Counted from the first letter of the stretch, positions 18,915 through 28,200 are shown. The stretch is DNA of 36,072 bases from Myxococcota bacterium (GCA_044344255.1 JBIJDH010000043.1:1-36072), one strand, 5' to 3'. Notes: generated by a model not told the origin, from the sequence alone. Program-made: numbers and translations.

Positions 18915-20636
18915 TCAGGCCGCGCGCTCTCCGATGAAGAAGCGCAAGATGGCCACCGCGCGGCGCTTCCACTCTCGGGGGTGGATGCGGGTGGCGAAGA
19001 GGTAGTGCCCGAGCAGGGCGCCGAAGAGGCCGAAGGCCACCGCGACGACGAAGAAGCCGAGCAGGGCGAGCACGGGCACTCCCCAGGGATTGAAGGCGTA
19101 GGGCCCGATCAGCAGGGTGCCGGAGAGCAGCAGCGCCGAGGCGAGCACGGCCATCGCGATGCGCACGCCGGCGTGGCCGATCTCGTCGCGGAGCAGCTCG
19201 CGATCGGGGTCGACGGCGTTGATGGTCAGGTTTCCGCGCTCGAGATCGAGCAGGAGCTGGTTCATCTGGATGGGGATGTCGCGGAGGGCGAGCTGCGCGT
19301 GCTGGAGGAGGCGGACGGCGTCGCCGCTCAGGCGATCGGGCGAGAGGCGGTCGCCCATCAAGCGCTGCGCGTACGGTCGCACCTCCTCGATGATGTCCTT
19401 GTCGGGCATCAGCTCGCGGGCGATGCCGTCGAGGATCGAGGTGGCGCGGGCCAGGACGGCGTATTCGGGCACGAGGCGGATGCGGAAGCGGGCCGCCACC
19501 TGCACGATCTCGATCAGGCTCGCAGGGTCGGAGAGCTCGTCGAGGGTGGCTCCGTAATACTTGAGCATCAAGCGCTCGATCTCTCGCTTGAAGCCCTTGA
19601 GATCGACCCGGCCGTCGGTGGCCCCGGCCCGGTAGAGCGTGAGCGCGACGGACTCGGCGTCGCGGTAGACGAGGCCGAGGAAGAGGTTGACGAGGATGTC
19701 CTGCATCTCGGCGGTCAAGCGGCCGGTGAGCCCGAAGTCGAGGTAAGCGAGACGCCCGTCTTCGAGGATGAGCAGGTTGCCGGGGTGCGGATCGGCGTGA
19801 AAGAAGCCGTGCTCGAAGACCTGGAGGTAGGTGGCCTCGATCAGCTTCCGCATGCCGTCGGTGACGGCGGCCTGGGGCTGCCCCTTGAGCTCACGGAAGG
19901 GCCGGCCCTTCAAGAGCTCCATCACCAGCACCCGGCGGGAGCTCCACTCGGGGTAGACGAGGGGCGCGTGGATGCCCGGCACCGCGGCGAAGTGCTCGCG
20001 GAAGCGGGTGAGCGAGCGGGCCTCTTGGAGGAAGTCGAGCTCGGTGTAGATCGCCGCTTCGAATTCCTGGACGATGCCGACCGGTGTGTAGAGGCCGGGG
20101 ATCTCGATCCGCCCCGTCACGAGCTGGGCGAGGGTGTAGAGGATGTGCAGGTCGCTCTTGATCTTCTCCTCGATGCCCGGCCGCTGCACCTTCACGGCGA
20201 CGTCGGTGCCGTCGGCCAGCACCGCGCGGTGCACCTGGGCGATCGAGGCGCTGGCGATGGGGATCTCGTCGAAGACCTGAAAGATCGTGCTGAACTGGCC
20301 GCCGAGGTCAAGCTCGAGCTGGGTGCGGAGCTCGTCGAAGGGGACCGGCGGCACGTCGCTCTGCAGCGTGGCCAGCTCCTCCATCACGTCCTTCGGCACG
20401 ATGTCGGGGCGGACTGACAGCACCTGGCCGAGCTTGACGTAGGTGGGGCCGAGATCGATCAGCACGAGGCGGAGCCGCCGCCCGAAGGGGAGGCTCGTCT
20501 CGATGGGCTCGCCCTCGATCTCGAGGCCGGCCTGGCGGACGAGGTGCCCGAAGCCATGTTTGGCCAGGACCGACGTGATCGCGCGGAGGCGGCCCAGATC
20601 CCGGATGTTGATGTGCGGCATGGCGGGGTCGTCCAC
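18915..20636 (-). CDS. AarF/UbiB/ABC1 family atypical kinase with two C-terminal TM helices (start may be 20621)
   Basis: LGPTYVKLGQ, ASASIAQVH, VAVKVQRP, FFHADPHPGN and LDFG. Confidence 0.93.
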   Translation of the reverse strand: MDDPAMPHINIRDLGRLRAITSVLAKHGFGHLVRQAGLEIEGEPIETSLPFGRRLRLVLIDLGPTYVKLGQVLSVRPDIVPKDVMEELATLQSDVPPVPFDELRTQLELDLGGQFSTIFQVFDEIPIASASIAQVHRAVLADGTDVAVKVQRPGIEEKIKSDLHILYTLAQLVTGRIEIPGLYTPVGIVQEFEAAIYTELDFLQEARSLTRFREHFAAVPGIHAPLVYPEWSSRRVLVMELLKGRPFRELKGQPQAAVTDGMRKLIEATYLQVFEHGFFHADPHPGNLLILEDGRLAYLDFGLTGRLTAEMQDILVNLFLGLVYRDAESVALTLYRAGATDGRVDLKGFKREIERLMLKYYGATLDELSDPASLIEIVQVAARFRIRLVPEYAVLARATSILDGIARELMPDKDIIEEVRPYAQRLMGDRLSPDRLSGDAVRLLQHAQLALRDIPIQMNQLLLDLERGNLTINAVDPDRELLRDEIGHAGVRIAMAVLASALLLSGTLLIGPYAFNPWGVPVLALLGFFVVAVAFGLFGALLGHYLFATRIHPREWKRRAVAILRFFIGERAA

Positions 20637-20725
20637 GGCGACCGGGGCGCCGCATAAACCGATCCGGCGTCTCTGGCTCAGGGCCGGGCGGTGGATTACG
20701 GACGGCCCGCTCCAGCGAGGTCCCC

Positions 20726-20917
20726 GTGATCAGCCCCGTCCTGTTCTTCTTCGTCTGCTTCGGTATGGTCTGCGTCTTCATGACCTTCGGGTTCATGATG
20801 CCGATCGTCGCCCACGTGGTGGGCGGGATCTTCGCGGTGGTGATGGGCGAGCAGGCGATGGCGATGATGCGCGGCGTCGAGAGCGGCTGCGTGTCGCCGG
20901 AAGACCGCCAGAGCTGA
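20726..20917 (+). CDS. Small Met/Phe-rich membrane protein
   Basis: 63 aa, long hydrophobic stretch, GC3-biased codons and a GAGG just upstream of the GTG. It fills the gap before the next + strand gene. Confidence 0.6.
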   Translation: MISPVLFFFVCFGMVCVFMTFGFMMPIVAHVVGGIFAVVMGEQAMAMMRGVESGCVSPEDRQS

Positions 20918-20945
20918 GCGCCGAGGCTCGGCGTGGCGCTCGGCG

Positions 20946-22604
20946 GTGCCCTCCATGCTCCACCGCCCTGCGGCGCTCGCCGCTGTCCTCACCCTCGCCG
21001 CGACCCTGCCCTTCCACGCGGGCTGGCTGGTCGATCCGGCCTCGATCACGCTCGCCAACCCCTTCCACGGGGTGCACGCCTGGGCCGCGGATGTGGTCTC
21101 CGACGCGCTCTGGCGCCTCGAGTGGCCCGATCCCACCGATCAGGCCGGCTTCCCGCTCCCCCACCGGGCCCGCTACGTCGCCTGGGCGGTGATGCTCACC
21201 GCCGCCCTGCTGCGGCCCGTCGCCTCGGCCCTCGTGGTGGTGAACGCCTCGGCCTGGCTCGGCCCGGCCCTCGGCGCGGCGGCGATGGTGGCCCTGGCGC
21301 GCCGCCTCCAGCCCGGTGCCTCCCCCCTCGGGCTCGTGCTGGCGGGCCTCTTCTTCGGGCTCAGCCCCGTGACTCACGGGGCGGCGGTGTCGGGGCAGGT
21401 GGAGAACAGCCAGAGCTACGTGCTGCCGCTGCTCTTGTGGGCGCTGTGCTGGGCGGGCGGCGGCGCGCGGCGCTGGGCGGCCCTCGGCCTGCTCGGCCTC
21501 CTGGGCGGCCTCACGAGCCCTTACCTCGCGATGCTGGCCGGCTTCGCGGCGCCCTGGGTGGCCCTGCGGGTGGGGCTCCGCCGCTCGGTCGGGCCGCTCG
21601 TCGCGCTCGGCCTCGGCCTGTGGCTCGCCTCCCGTTGGCTGGACGCCGGCGGCTTCGATCCCGACGCCGACCTCTTCCGCCCCGCCTGGACCCCCGCCGG
21701 CGGGGCGTGGCCGCCGCTCTGGGGCCGCCCGCCCGCCGCGGCGCCCCTCGACACCTTGCTCTTTGGCACCACCACCCCGCAGGCCCGGGCGATGGTCGTG
21801 CATCAGCCCTACCTCGGCCTCGTCTTGGTGGGCGCCGCCTTGATCTTCGGCGGGCGGCGGCGGGCCTGGCTCTTCCCGGCGTTGGTGGGGGTCGCCCTCG
21901 CCCTCGGCCCCGTGCTCGGCTGGGGGGAGGGCCCGCTGCGCTGGGGCGACCAGATCTTCTTCCTGCCCGGCGCCCTCGCGCGCACCCTCCGCCTGCCCAT
22001 CTCGGAGGGTGGCCAGTACTACCGGGCGGTCGTGCTCGCCCACCTCGGCTTCGCGGGGATGCTGGCCGGGGCGCGGCTGCAGGTCGGCTGGGTGCGGCGC
22101 GGCCTGCCGCTGGCGGGGCTCCTGGGCGCGCTCGACACCGTGCGGGTCCTCTCCCTCTTCGGCTTGCCCTGGCCGGTCTTTCACCTGCCGGTCTCTGCCT
22201 GGCATGAGCTCGCCGCCGATCCGGCCCCCGGCGGGGTGCTGCACCTGCCGATGTTCAGCCCGCAGCTCATCCCCTGCCACCCGGTGCGCCTCGTCGGGCG
22301 GGTCTTCCACGGGCGGCCGATCTCGGACATGCCCCGCTCCTGGCGGGAGCCCACCGACATGCCGGCGCTGCTCGACCTCCACGCCTGCACCAAGCTCGGG
22401 GCCGGCTGCAGCCCGCCGACCACCGCGGCCCTGGCGGCGCTGGGCTTCCGCTACGTGGTCATCGATCTCGACGACGTGCCCGAGCGGAAGACCTTGCTCC
22501 GCCGCCTCACCGCCCGCTGGGGGCCGCCGGAGGAGGAGGTCGATCACCTTGTCTGGTGGCGGATCGGCGCGGAGACGGAGGGGCCCCTGCCGCGCAGGCG
22601 CTGA
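20946..22604 (+). CDS. Polytopic membrane protein, GT-C/YfhO-like glycosyltransferase candidate
   Basis: About 11-12 hydrophobic segments, FP...YVAW and PYLG motifs, and a C-terminal soluble domain (VLHLP...HGRPI...GFRYVVID). Confidence 0.55.
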   Translation: MPSMLHRPAALAAVLTLAATLPFHAGWLVDPASITLANPFHGVHAWAADVVSDALWRLEWPDPTDQAGFPLPHRARYVAWAVMLTAALLRPVASALVVVNASAWLGPALGAAAMVALARRLQPGASPLGLVLAGLFFGLSPVTHGAAVSGQVENSQSYVLPLLLWALCWAGGGARRWAALGLLGLLGGLTSPYLAMLAGFAAPWVALRVGLRRSVGPLVALGLGLWLASRWLDAGGFDPDADLFRPAWTPAGGAWPPLWGRPPAAAPLDTLLFGTTTPQARAMVVHQPYLGLVLVGAALIFGGRRRAWLFPALVGVALALGPVLGWGEGPLRWGDQIFFLPGALARTLRLPISEGGQYYRAVVLAHLGFAGMLAGARLQVGWVRRGLPLAGLLGALDTVRVLSLFGLPWPVFHLPVSAWHELAADPAPGGVLHLPMFSPQLIPCHPVRLVGRVFHGRPISDMPRSWREPTDMPALLDLHACTKLGAGCSPPTTAALAALGFRYVVIDLDDVPERKTLLRRLTARWGPPEEEVDHLVWWRIGAETEGPLPRRR

Positions 22605-22613
22605 GCCGGCCGA

Positions 22614-24035
22614 TCACTCCTCGTCGGGCTCCTCGACGTAGCCGAGGGCCTGCAGCAGCGCCTCGGCCTCGGCGTCGGGGGCGGCCTGCGTCTCCGCCCC
22701 GGCGGCGCCGACGCGGTCCATCTCCGCCTCCCAGGCGTCGAGCGTCCCCCGCAGGCGGGCGGCGACCTCGGGCTCGGCCACGCTGTGGTCCTCTCGGCTG
22801 AGCGGATCGGCGGCGGAGTAGAGGCGGCGCTGATCCTTGCGGGTGTCGTGCGTGAGCTGCCAGTCCGCCTCGATCACCGTCGTCTTGCGGGTGCGCATGT
22901 AGTAGGTCTCGGCGAAGGCCCGCTCGTGGACGGCGTCGGCGCGCTCGCCGCGGAGGGCCGCGGCCTCGGAGCGCCCGTCGAGGGGCACCGGCAGCGGGAC
23001 GCCGAGCAGCTCGAGGGTGGTGGGCAGCAGGTCGATGTTCATCGACAGCCCGCCGATACGCCGCCCCGCGGGGAGGGCGGGGTGCTGCACCAGCCAGGGG
23101 ACCTGCACGGAGCTCGGGTAGAGGTAGTTACCGTGCCCCTTGCCGTGGTGTTTGGGCTCCTTGAGGCCCTCGCCGTGGTCGGCCACCACGATGAAGAGCA
23201 GGTTGCGGCGGCGGGCCTTGGCGCCGACGTAGAGGCGGGCCAGCTCGGCGTCGAGCGCCCGGAGGGAGGCGTCGTAGGTCTGGAGGCGGGGCCGGAGCTC
23301 GGAGAACAGGGAGCGGTAGCGGCGGGGCGGGTGGCGCGGGTGGTGGGTGGTGGTGAAGAGGAGCTCGCCGAAGAAGCGCTGGGCGGCTGGCGTGTCGTCG
23401 AGGGCGTCGAGGACGTGGTCGACCAGCGTGTCGCCCGAGGGGATGGCCGCGCCGCTCTTGTACTTGCCGCCGGGCTCGAGGTAGTCGTCAAAGCCCTGGG
23501 CGAAGCCGAAGCGCCCCATCGCGTTCGGGTTGGAGACGGCGCCCACCGTGCGGTAGCCCGCGGCGCGCATGGCCTCGGCGAAGGTGAAGGCGCCCTCGTC
23601 GAGCGCGAGGGTGAGGCTGCCGCGCTTGCCGCGCTTGCCGCGGTTGTCGAGGTGGAGCGGGCGCGGCCAGCGGCCGGTGAGGATCGCGCCGATCGAGGGG
23701 CGAGTCCAGGAGGCCTGGGCGATGTTGCGCTCGAAGAGCGCGCCGGCCGCGGCGAGGCGATCGAAGAAGGGTGTGGTGCCTTTCCCGCCGTACGCACCGA
23801 TGCGATCGCGGCGCAGGGTGCAGGCGATCACCAGGATGACATCGGTGTCGGCCGCCCGGAGGGGCATCGGGGCCGCCTCCGCTTGGAGGCTCTCCTCCAG
23901 CGCCGCCGGGGAGACGGAGTCGACCTCGTTGATGGGCGGTGGTCTCAGCCAGCGGAGCGCCGCGGCGCCGAGGCCGAGGGCCAGCACGACGGCAGCGAGG
24001 CCGACGGGGAGGAGGAGGCGGCGCCAGCGGGGCAT
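22614..24035 (-). CDS. Sulfatase-like hydrolase/transferase (alkaline phosphatase superfamily), N-terminal membrane anchor
   Basis: TLRRD, ASWTRPSIGAILTG, GFAQGFDDY, VVADHGE, IDLLPT, LDGRS and LQALGY. Confidence 0.9.
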   Translation of the reverse strand: MPRWRRLLLPVGLAAVVLALGLGAAALRWLRPPPINEVDSVSPAALEESLQAEAAPMPLRAADTDVILVIACTLRRDRIGAYGGKGTTPFFDRLAAAGALFERNIAQASWTRPSIGAILTGRWPRPLHLDNRGKRGKRGSLTLALDEGAFTFAEAMRAAGYRTVGAVSNPNAMGRFGFAQGFDDYLEPGGKYKSGAAIPSGDTLVDHVLDALDDTPAAQRFFGELLFTTTHHPRHPPRRYRSLFSELRPRLQTYDASLRALDAELARLYVGAKARRRNLLFIVVADHGEGLKEPKHHGKGHGNYLYPSSVQVPWLVQHPALPAGRRIGGLSMNIDLLPTTLELLGVPLPVPLDGRSEAAALRGERADAVHERAFAETYYMRTRKTTVIEADWQLTHDTRKDQRRLYSAADPLSREDHSVAEPEVAARLRGTLDAWEAEMDRVGAAGAETQAAPDAEAEALLQALGYVEEPDEE

Positions 24036-24076
24036 CGCGGGCGGCTATCCCGGCGTGACCCCTGCGGTCTCGTGCA
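23960..24076. repeat. Direct repeat copy A (sulfatase 5' end + 3' end of HD gene); copy B at 31240-31356
   Basis: ...cagcggggcatcg(c/g)gggcggctatcc...gacccctgcggtctcgtgca is present at both loci, offset 7280 bp. Confidence 0.9.
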
Positions 24077-24131
24077 CCTGGTCGGCCGGGGGAGCTGGAG
24101 CCCGGTCGGGGCCGCAGCGCGATGACCGGAT

Positions 24132-24289
24132 GGCGGTTTTGCCGCGGGACCGGGGCGCGAGCTTTGGCGGGGCACCCGAGATCGGGGCAAGAGACGCCCT
24201 GTCGGGGCTGTACGCCGGGAGAGCGAGGGTATCGGGGACCTGTGGTAGGGTCGGCGTCGTGGTGGCCCCCCGCCGTTCATGCGCCTTAT
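24132..24289 (+). mobile_element. Solo IS91/ISCR-like oriIS end, direct repeat of 27546-27704
   Basis: ~158 bp aligning along its whole length with the segment downstream of the IS91-like transposase remnant. It ends in GTT-N9-TAT, as in IS91-family ori ends. Confidence 0.65.
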
Positions 24290-24329
24290 GGCCCGGGCGG
24301 GCCTGTACCCCGGGTTTGGTGGGGCGGCC

Positions 24330-25367
24330 TCAAGGGCCCACCCAACTCCACACATCGCCCTGTTGCCGGACCTCCCCTCGGCTCTCCAATCGAGTGAGGT
24401 GCTTCCGGACGGTAGGTCGGTGCATGTCGAATAGCAGAATAAGATCGGCCACTGACTTCGGACCCTCACCAAGCACAGCCCATATCGCTGTATCCCACTC
24501 CTCATTTTCGGCCCGCCCGCCGAGTCGATAGACCGCATCGCGGGCATCCGCGGCCAGCGCATCGATCGCAGCCTTCCGAGCCTCCTCCTCCAGGCTGAGC
24601 ACAATTCCAGTGGTGCTTGGGGCTCCGTCGCGAAATGTGAGGGTTCCCACACGGAGCTCCGCCGCGAAGAGCTCCGTCAGGATCGCCCGGGTCAGCGCGC
24701 GAAATATCGCCTGATCGCAGTCGTAGATGTCGAGCTTCCGACCCCACAGGACGACGGCCCCTTCCCTCTCCCCCGCGGAAAGGAGAGTGCGTACAGGGTC
24801 GAAGCTGTCCTCCACTGCTTTGGCGTGGAGGTCGAAGCGGCCAAGGAAACGGTCGGCCAGGGCCAGTGCGGCGACCGTGTGTCGGCCCTCGCGTGTACCC
24901 ATGTGGTCGATGGTCCAGCGGCCATCCACCTTCCGGAGCTCCACATGCGAACTGGGATCGGTGAGGCCCGGGTGCAGAAAAGCCGGCCGCTCGTCGCCAG
25001 GGGGATGCTGTCCGATGGAGAGGCGCGTGCCCTCAATGGGAAAACGATCCCCTTTTCGAGACTGGCATCCCGCGCAGACCGCGAGCAGGTTCTCGGCAGA
25101 CCAGGCCAGCCACCAGTAGCCTTCTTCGCCCAGCTTCGGCCGGAAGTGCTCCACGGTCAGATCACCCTTCCCAGGGGAGTCCTCGCAATACGCGCACTTA
25201 TTGGCCTGATGTTCGGAGAGGTGGAGCGAGAGCTTTTCGGGCCAGTGGGGAAAGTCTCTCTGTACGGGAGCTTCTCCCCTGCCCACCTTAGCCTCAAGGT
25301 CAAGGAGGTGGCGGGCACGAAGTGTCTCCAGCCTGGAACACCAGGGCAGCAGGTGCAGCCGGATCAC
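24330..25367 (-). CDS. HNH endonuclease (Septu PtuB/retron-associated HNH-like) with C-terminal winged HTH
   Basis: CAYCE...VEHFRPK...YWWLAWSAENLLAVCAGCQSRKGDRFP. C-terminus IWAVLGEGPKSVADLILLFDMHRPTVRKHLTRLESRGEV. GTGA overlap with the upstream ATPase. Confidence 0.85.
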   Translation of the reverse strand: MIRLHLLPWCSRLETLRARHLLDLEAKVGRGEAPVQRDFPHWPEKLSLHLSEHQANKCAYCEDSPGKGDLTVEHFRPKLGEEGYWWLAWSAENLLAVCAGCQSRKGDRFPIEGTRLSIGQHPPGDERPAFLHPGLTDPSSHVELRKVDGRWTIDHMGTREGRHTVAALALADRFLGRFDLHAKAVEDSFDPVRTLLSAGEREGAVVLWGRKLDIYDCDQAIFRALTRAILTELFAAELRVGTLTFRDGAPSTTGIVLSLEEEARKAAIDALAADARDAVYRLGGRAENEEWDTAIWAVLGEGPKSVADLILLFDMHRPTVRKHLTRLESRGEVRQQGDVWSWVGP

Positions 25368-26764
25368 CGCGACACACGCGCCCGGAGCTCTACATCCGGT
25401 AAAGCCTCGTCTTGTCGGAGCTGCTTCCCGAGCTCGATGAGCTCCCGGTGCTCAGCGTCATCGCGATAGGGATTCGCCGCCAGTCGGGCGTATCTCCAGG
25501 CCATTCGCCCGACCTCTCCGGGGAAGCTGTCCGCGATGCCATAGAGCTGGGCGTAGAGCTCGGAGCCCGTGAGCCGCCGCGGATCTGTTTCGGGATGCCG
25601 CGCGACCACCCGACCCTCCTCCACCTGCAGCAGCACGACCTCGTCGGCCTGGAGCGCGCTCGTCACCAGCGGCGAGTGGGTGGTGGCGATGAACTGAATG
25701 CGCGGAAAGACAGCCCGTAGGGCACCCACGATGCCGACCTGCCAGGTGGGGTGGAGGTGCAGGTCGAGCTCGTCGATGAGAACGAACCCCTCCATATCGG
25801 CGGGCTCGATCGCCGCATCGGCGTCCTCTATGAACTGGCCAATGAGGTCGGCCAGCCAGCCGAGCGTGGACTGGTAGCCCTGAGAGAGCCAGGTGAGAGG
25901 AACCGCAAGCTCCAGTTCGCGTAGGCGCAGGCGGGCGGTCTGTCGCTCCGTAACGGGCACCACCGGAAGAACATACCCGAGTGTCTCGTTGCGTCGCTCG
26001 GTCGCTTCGGGAATGCCCCAGTGTATGTCCTGCAGGCCCGGGACCAGCGCGGTAGTCGCCGCCACAACGGTCTGAAGGATTCTCTCCAGGTGACTCGCTA
26101 GCTCCGGGCGTCCGCGATCTCGGAAGCGACGGTGAAATTCTGTGGAGGTGAGCTGGCCGGCGCCGAAGATGGAGGCGAGGCGGCTTTCCAGGACACCGAG
26201 GGAGCGTCCCTGCTCGGGTCGCGGGAGGTTGCGCTCGACACCATAAGCCAACGCGACCCAGTCCTGCGTGAGCTGTTCACTCCCCCGAGCCGCGTCGAGT
26301 GGGCTCGGGGTGGCCTTTTTCCGAGCTGGGCCCAACCAGCTCGATCCCACCTTCATTCCCGTCGAACCGGGCGCCTGCTCGGCCAGCACCGACAGGACAG
26401 GCGGGAGAGTGGGTCGGGCTCCGGTGAGGTGGGGATAGGCGCGCTTGCGACCCTCCGGTGCACCCGGCGCCGGCCCGTGGCCGCGATCGCCGAAGCCGAG
26501 CTCGGCCTTGATCTGCAGCGCCTCGTCCGCCCTCCCCACCCGGCGGAGACCGCGGCTCAGATCCTGCCGGCCGGCGCGCATCAAATAGGCGGCGAGGTCG
26601 TTGCCAGCGGCCGCGAGCGCGATGGCCTGGAGGATGGTCGTCTTACACGTGCCATTCTCACCAACCAGCACGGTCCACATCCGCGGCGACTCGCCCCGCA
26701 GCAGGTCGAGCTTGAAGCCGTGGAGGAGCTTCACGTTGTCGAGGTGGAGGCGGCGAAGGTACAT
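25364..26764 (-). CDS. ABC/AAA_21-type ATPase (Septu PtuA-like defence ATPase)
   Basis: MYLRRLHLDNVK start, Walker A GENGTCKT, signature LSQGYQS, Walker B/D-loop LIDELDLHLHPTWQ and H-loop FIATTHSP. Confidence 0.9.
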   Translation of the reverse strand: MYLRRLHLDNVKLLHGFKLDLLRGESPRMWTVLVGENGTCKTTILQAIALAAAGNDLAAYLMRAGRQDLSRGLRRVGRADEALQIKAELGFGDRGHGPAPGAPEGRKRAYPHLTGARPTLPPVLSVLAEQAPGSTGMKVGSSWLGPARKKATPSPLDAARGSEQLTQDWVALAYGVERNLPRPEQGRSLGVLESRLASIFGAGQLTSTEFHRRFRDRGRPELASHLERILQTVVAATTALVPGLQDIHWGIPEATERRNETLGYVLPVVPVTERQTARLRLRELELAVPLTWLSQGYQSTLGWLADLIGQFIEDADAAIEPADMEGFVLIDELDLHLHPTWQVGIVGALRAVFPRIQFIATTHSPLVTSALQADEVVLLQVEEGRVVARHPETDPRRLTGSELYAQLYGIADSFPGEVGRMAWRYARLAANPYRDDAEHRELIELGKQLRQDEALPDVELRARVSR

Positions 26765-26959
26765 CGGGGCTCCGGGGGGACGCATCTCCTTAACCGCTCA
26801 ACCCGAGCGGAGGGGCCGGCGGCGCGGACCCTCGTGACCCAAGGCCGAGGGCGGCGGGGGAGCACGAGGCGGTAGCCGCGGGATCCGTCGCCCCAGTCGG
26901 CGTCGCGGCCGGCCCGGATGGCGGACCGGGCGCCCCGGGTGGCCTGGGTTGGGGGCCTG

Positions 26960-27545
26960 GAAAATGCGCTGATCGTGGAGATAGCGACAGCCTGCGAAGC
27001 GCAGTTGGCCCGACTGGGCCATGGGCCAGAGGTCGCGGCGGAAGAGGCCGACGACGAGGGGATACGCCTCTTCCAGGCCGCCCCTGTGGCAGGGTACTCC
27101 GTGGTGAGAGGGGCCCCGACGAGGGTGGCGCGCTGAATGCAGCGCATCGGGGGGAGGGAGCGGGAGCTCCCGCCGCTTTGCGCCTCCTGCGACGGCTGGA
27201 TCCTTTACGCCGGGGTCGTGGAGGAGGCGGAGGATCGGGGAGGGCTGCTGCGGCTCGGGCGCACTCTGCTCGGCACGGTCGGTAGGACCCCCGCTGGCCG
27301 TGGACCGCTTGGAGGTGGAGCCGGATGAGCGGGTTCGTTACACGATGAAGCGGCTCGGGTCTCGCGGACTTTGAAGATGGGACGGCGGCCCTATCACCCA
27401 CCGCGGAGGAGCGTGTGTCCCGGCTGGTGGCGCTGATCCCGCCGCCGCGGGCGGGTGTTCGCGGAAGATGGCTGGCGGTGCCCGGGCTGTGGCTGCCGCA
27501 GGACCCCGCGCGCCGTGTTCGAAGGCGGCCCGACGACGAGCGAAG
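26960..27545 (+). pseudogene. Decayed IS91-family (Y2, rolling-circle) transposase
   Basis: Fragments across frames: PPLCASCDGWILYAGV..EDRGGLLRLGR, PLAVDRLEVEPDERVRYTMKR, RLVALIPPPRA and RVFAEDGWRCPGCG. These correspond to the family motifs GFSLHA..DR..LERLCRY..RP, RLAALVPPPR and RVF..D...CP.CG, with stops, frameshifts and deletions. Confidence 0.8.
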
Positions 27546-27704
27546 GGCGGTATTGCCGCGGGACCGGGGGGCGAGCTTGGGTGGGGCACCCGAGATCGGG
27601 GCGAAAATACGCTCTCTCGGGGCCGTACCCCGGGAGAGCGAGGGTAGCGGGGACCGGTGGTAGGGTCGGCGTCGAGGTTGCCCTCCGCCGTTCATGCGCT
27701 TTAT
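27546..27704 (+). mobile_element. IS91/ISCR-like oriIS end downstream of the transposase remnant
   Basis: Located 3' of the transposase, where oriIS sits in this family. Terminal ccGTTcatgcgcttTATtcg. Repeated at 24132-24289. Confidence 0.7.
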
Positions 27705-27707
27705 TCG

Positions 27708-28200
27708 CATGCGGACGGCGGCGCCTGGGGCGGCGAGCTCTTGGAGGTGGACGGCCCGCGCTGCACACGCATCGGGCACCTCGCGGACCTCCCCCTGCCC
27801 AGGGACGCCGCGGTGCGGGAGCCCCGGCGGATGGCGGTCGCAGTGCTCTTTCTGCTCGGCCGGAAGGAGAGGCGCTGCGGCGCTGGGGTGAGCCCGCGGC
27901 GCGGGTGTGGGCGCTCTGTGAGCGGGGTCTGGCCCGGCCGACCAGGGCGGCGGGTCGCGCCTTTGACGCCGCCGCGGACCTCGCCGGCCTCGGAGACCGA
28001 GGTCGTTTCGAGGGCGAGCTCGCGATGCGGCTCCAGGCCTGTGTGCGCCGCCCGCGGGTGATGGACATCCCGGTGAGCCCAGTCCTTGACCTCCTGCCGC
28101 TCTTCGCCGCCCTGGCCGACAGCCACGACCCGCGTGCCGCCGCCGACCTCTTTCATGGCACCCTCGCCCATGCGCTCGTCCGGTGGGCGCGCGGCTCGGA
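27708..28200 (+). pseudogene. hypF: hypF (carbamoyltransferase) C-terminal Kae1-like domain remnant, frameshifted
   Basis: DGGAWGGELL...HLADLPLPRDAAVREPRRMA in one frame and GRAFDAAA...FEGELAMRLQ...FHGTLAHAL in another. No N-terminal domains are present. Confidence 0.8.

Noticed and set aside
16944..24035. FGE domain as the activating enzyme for the nearby sulfatase
   Set aside because: The sulfatase lacks a C/SxPxR target, and kinase-fused FGE-like domains are generally regarded as binding modules.
26765..27545. Retron (msr-msd + reverse transcriptase) upstream of the PtuAB-like pair
   Set aside because: No RT motifs (YADD, VTG) are visible, and the region is better explained as IS91-family transposase debris.
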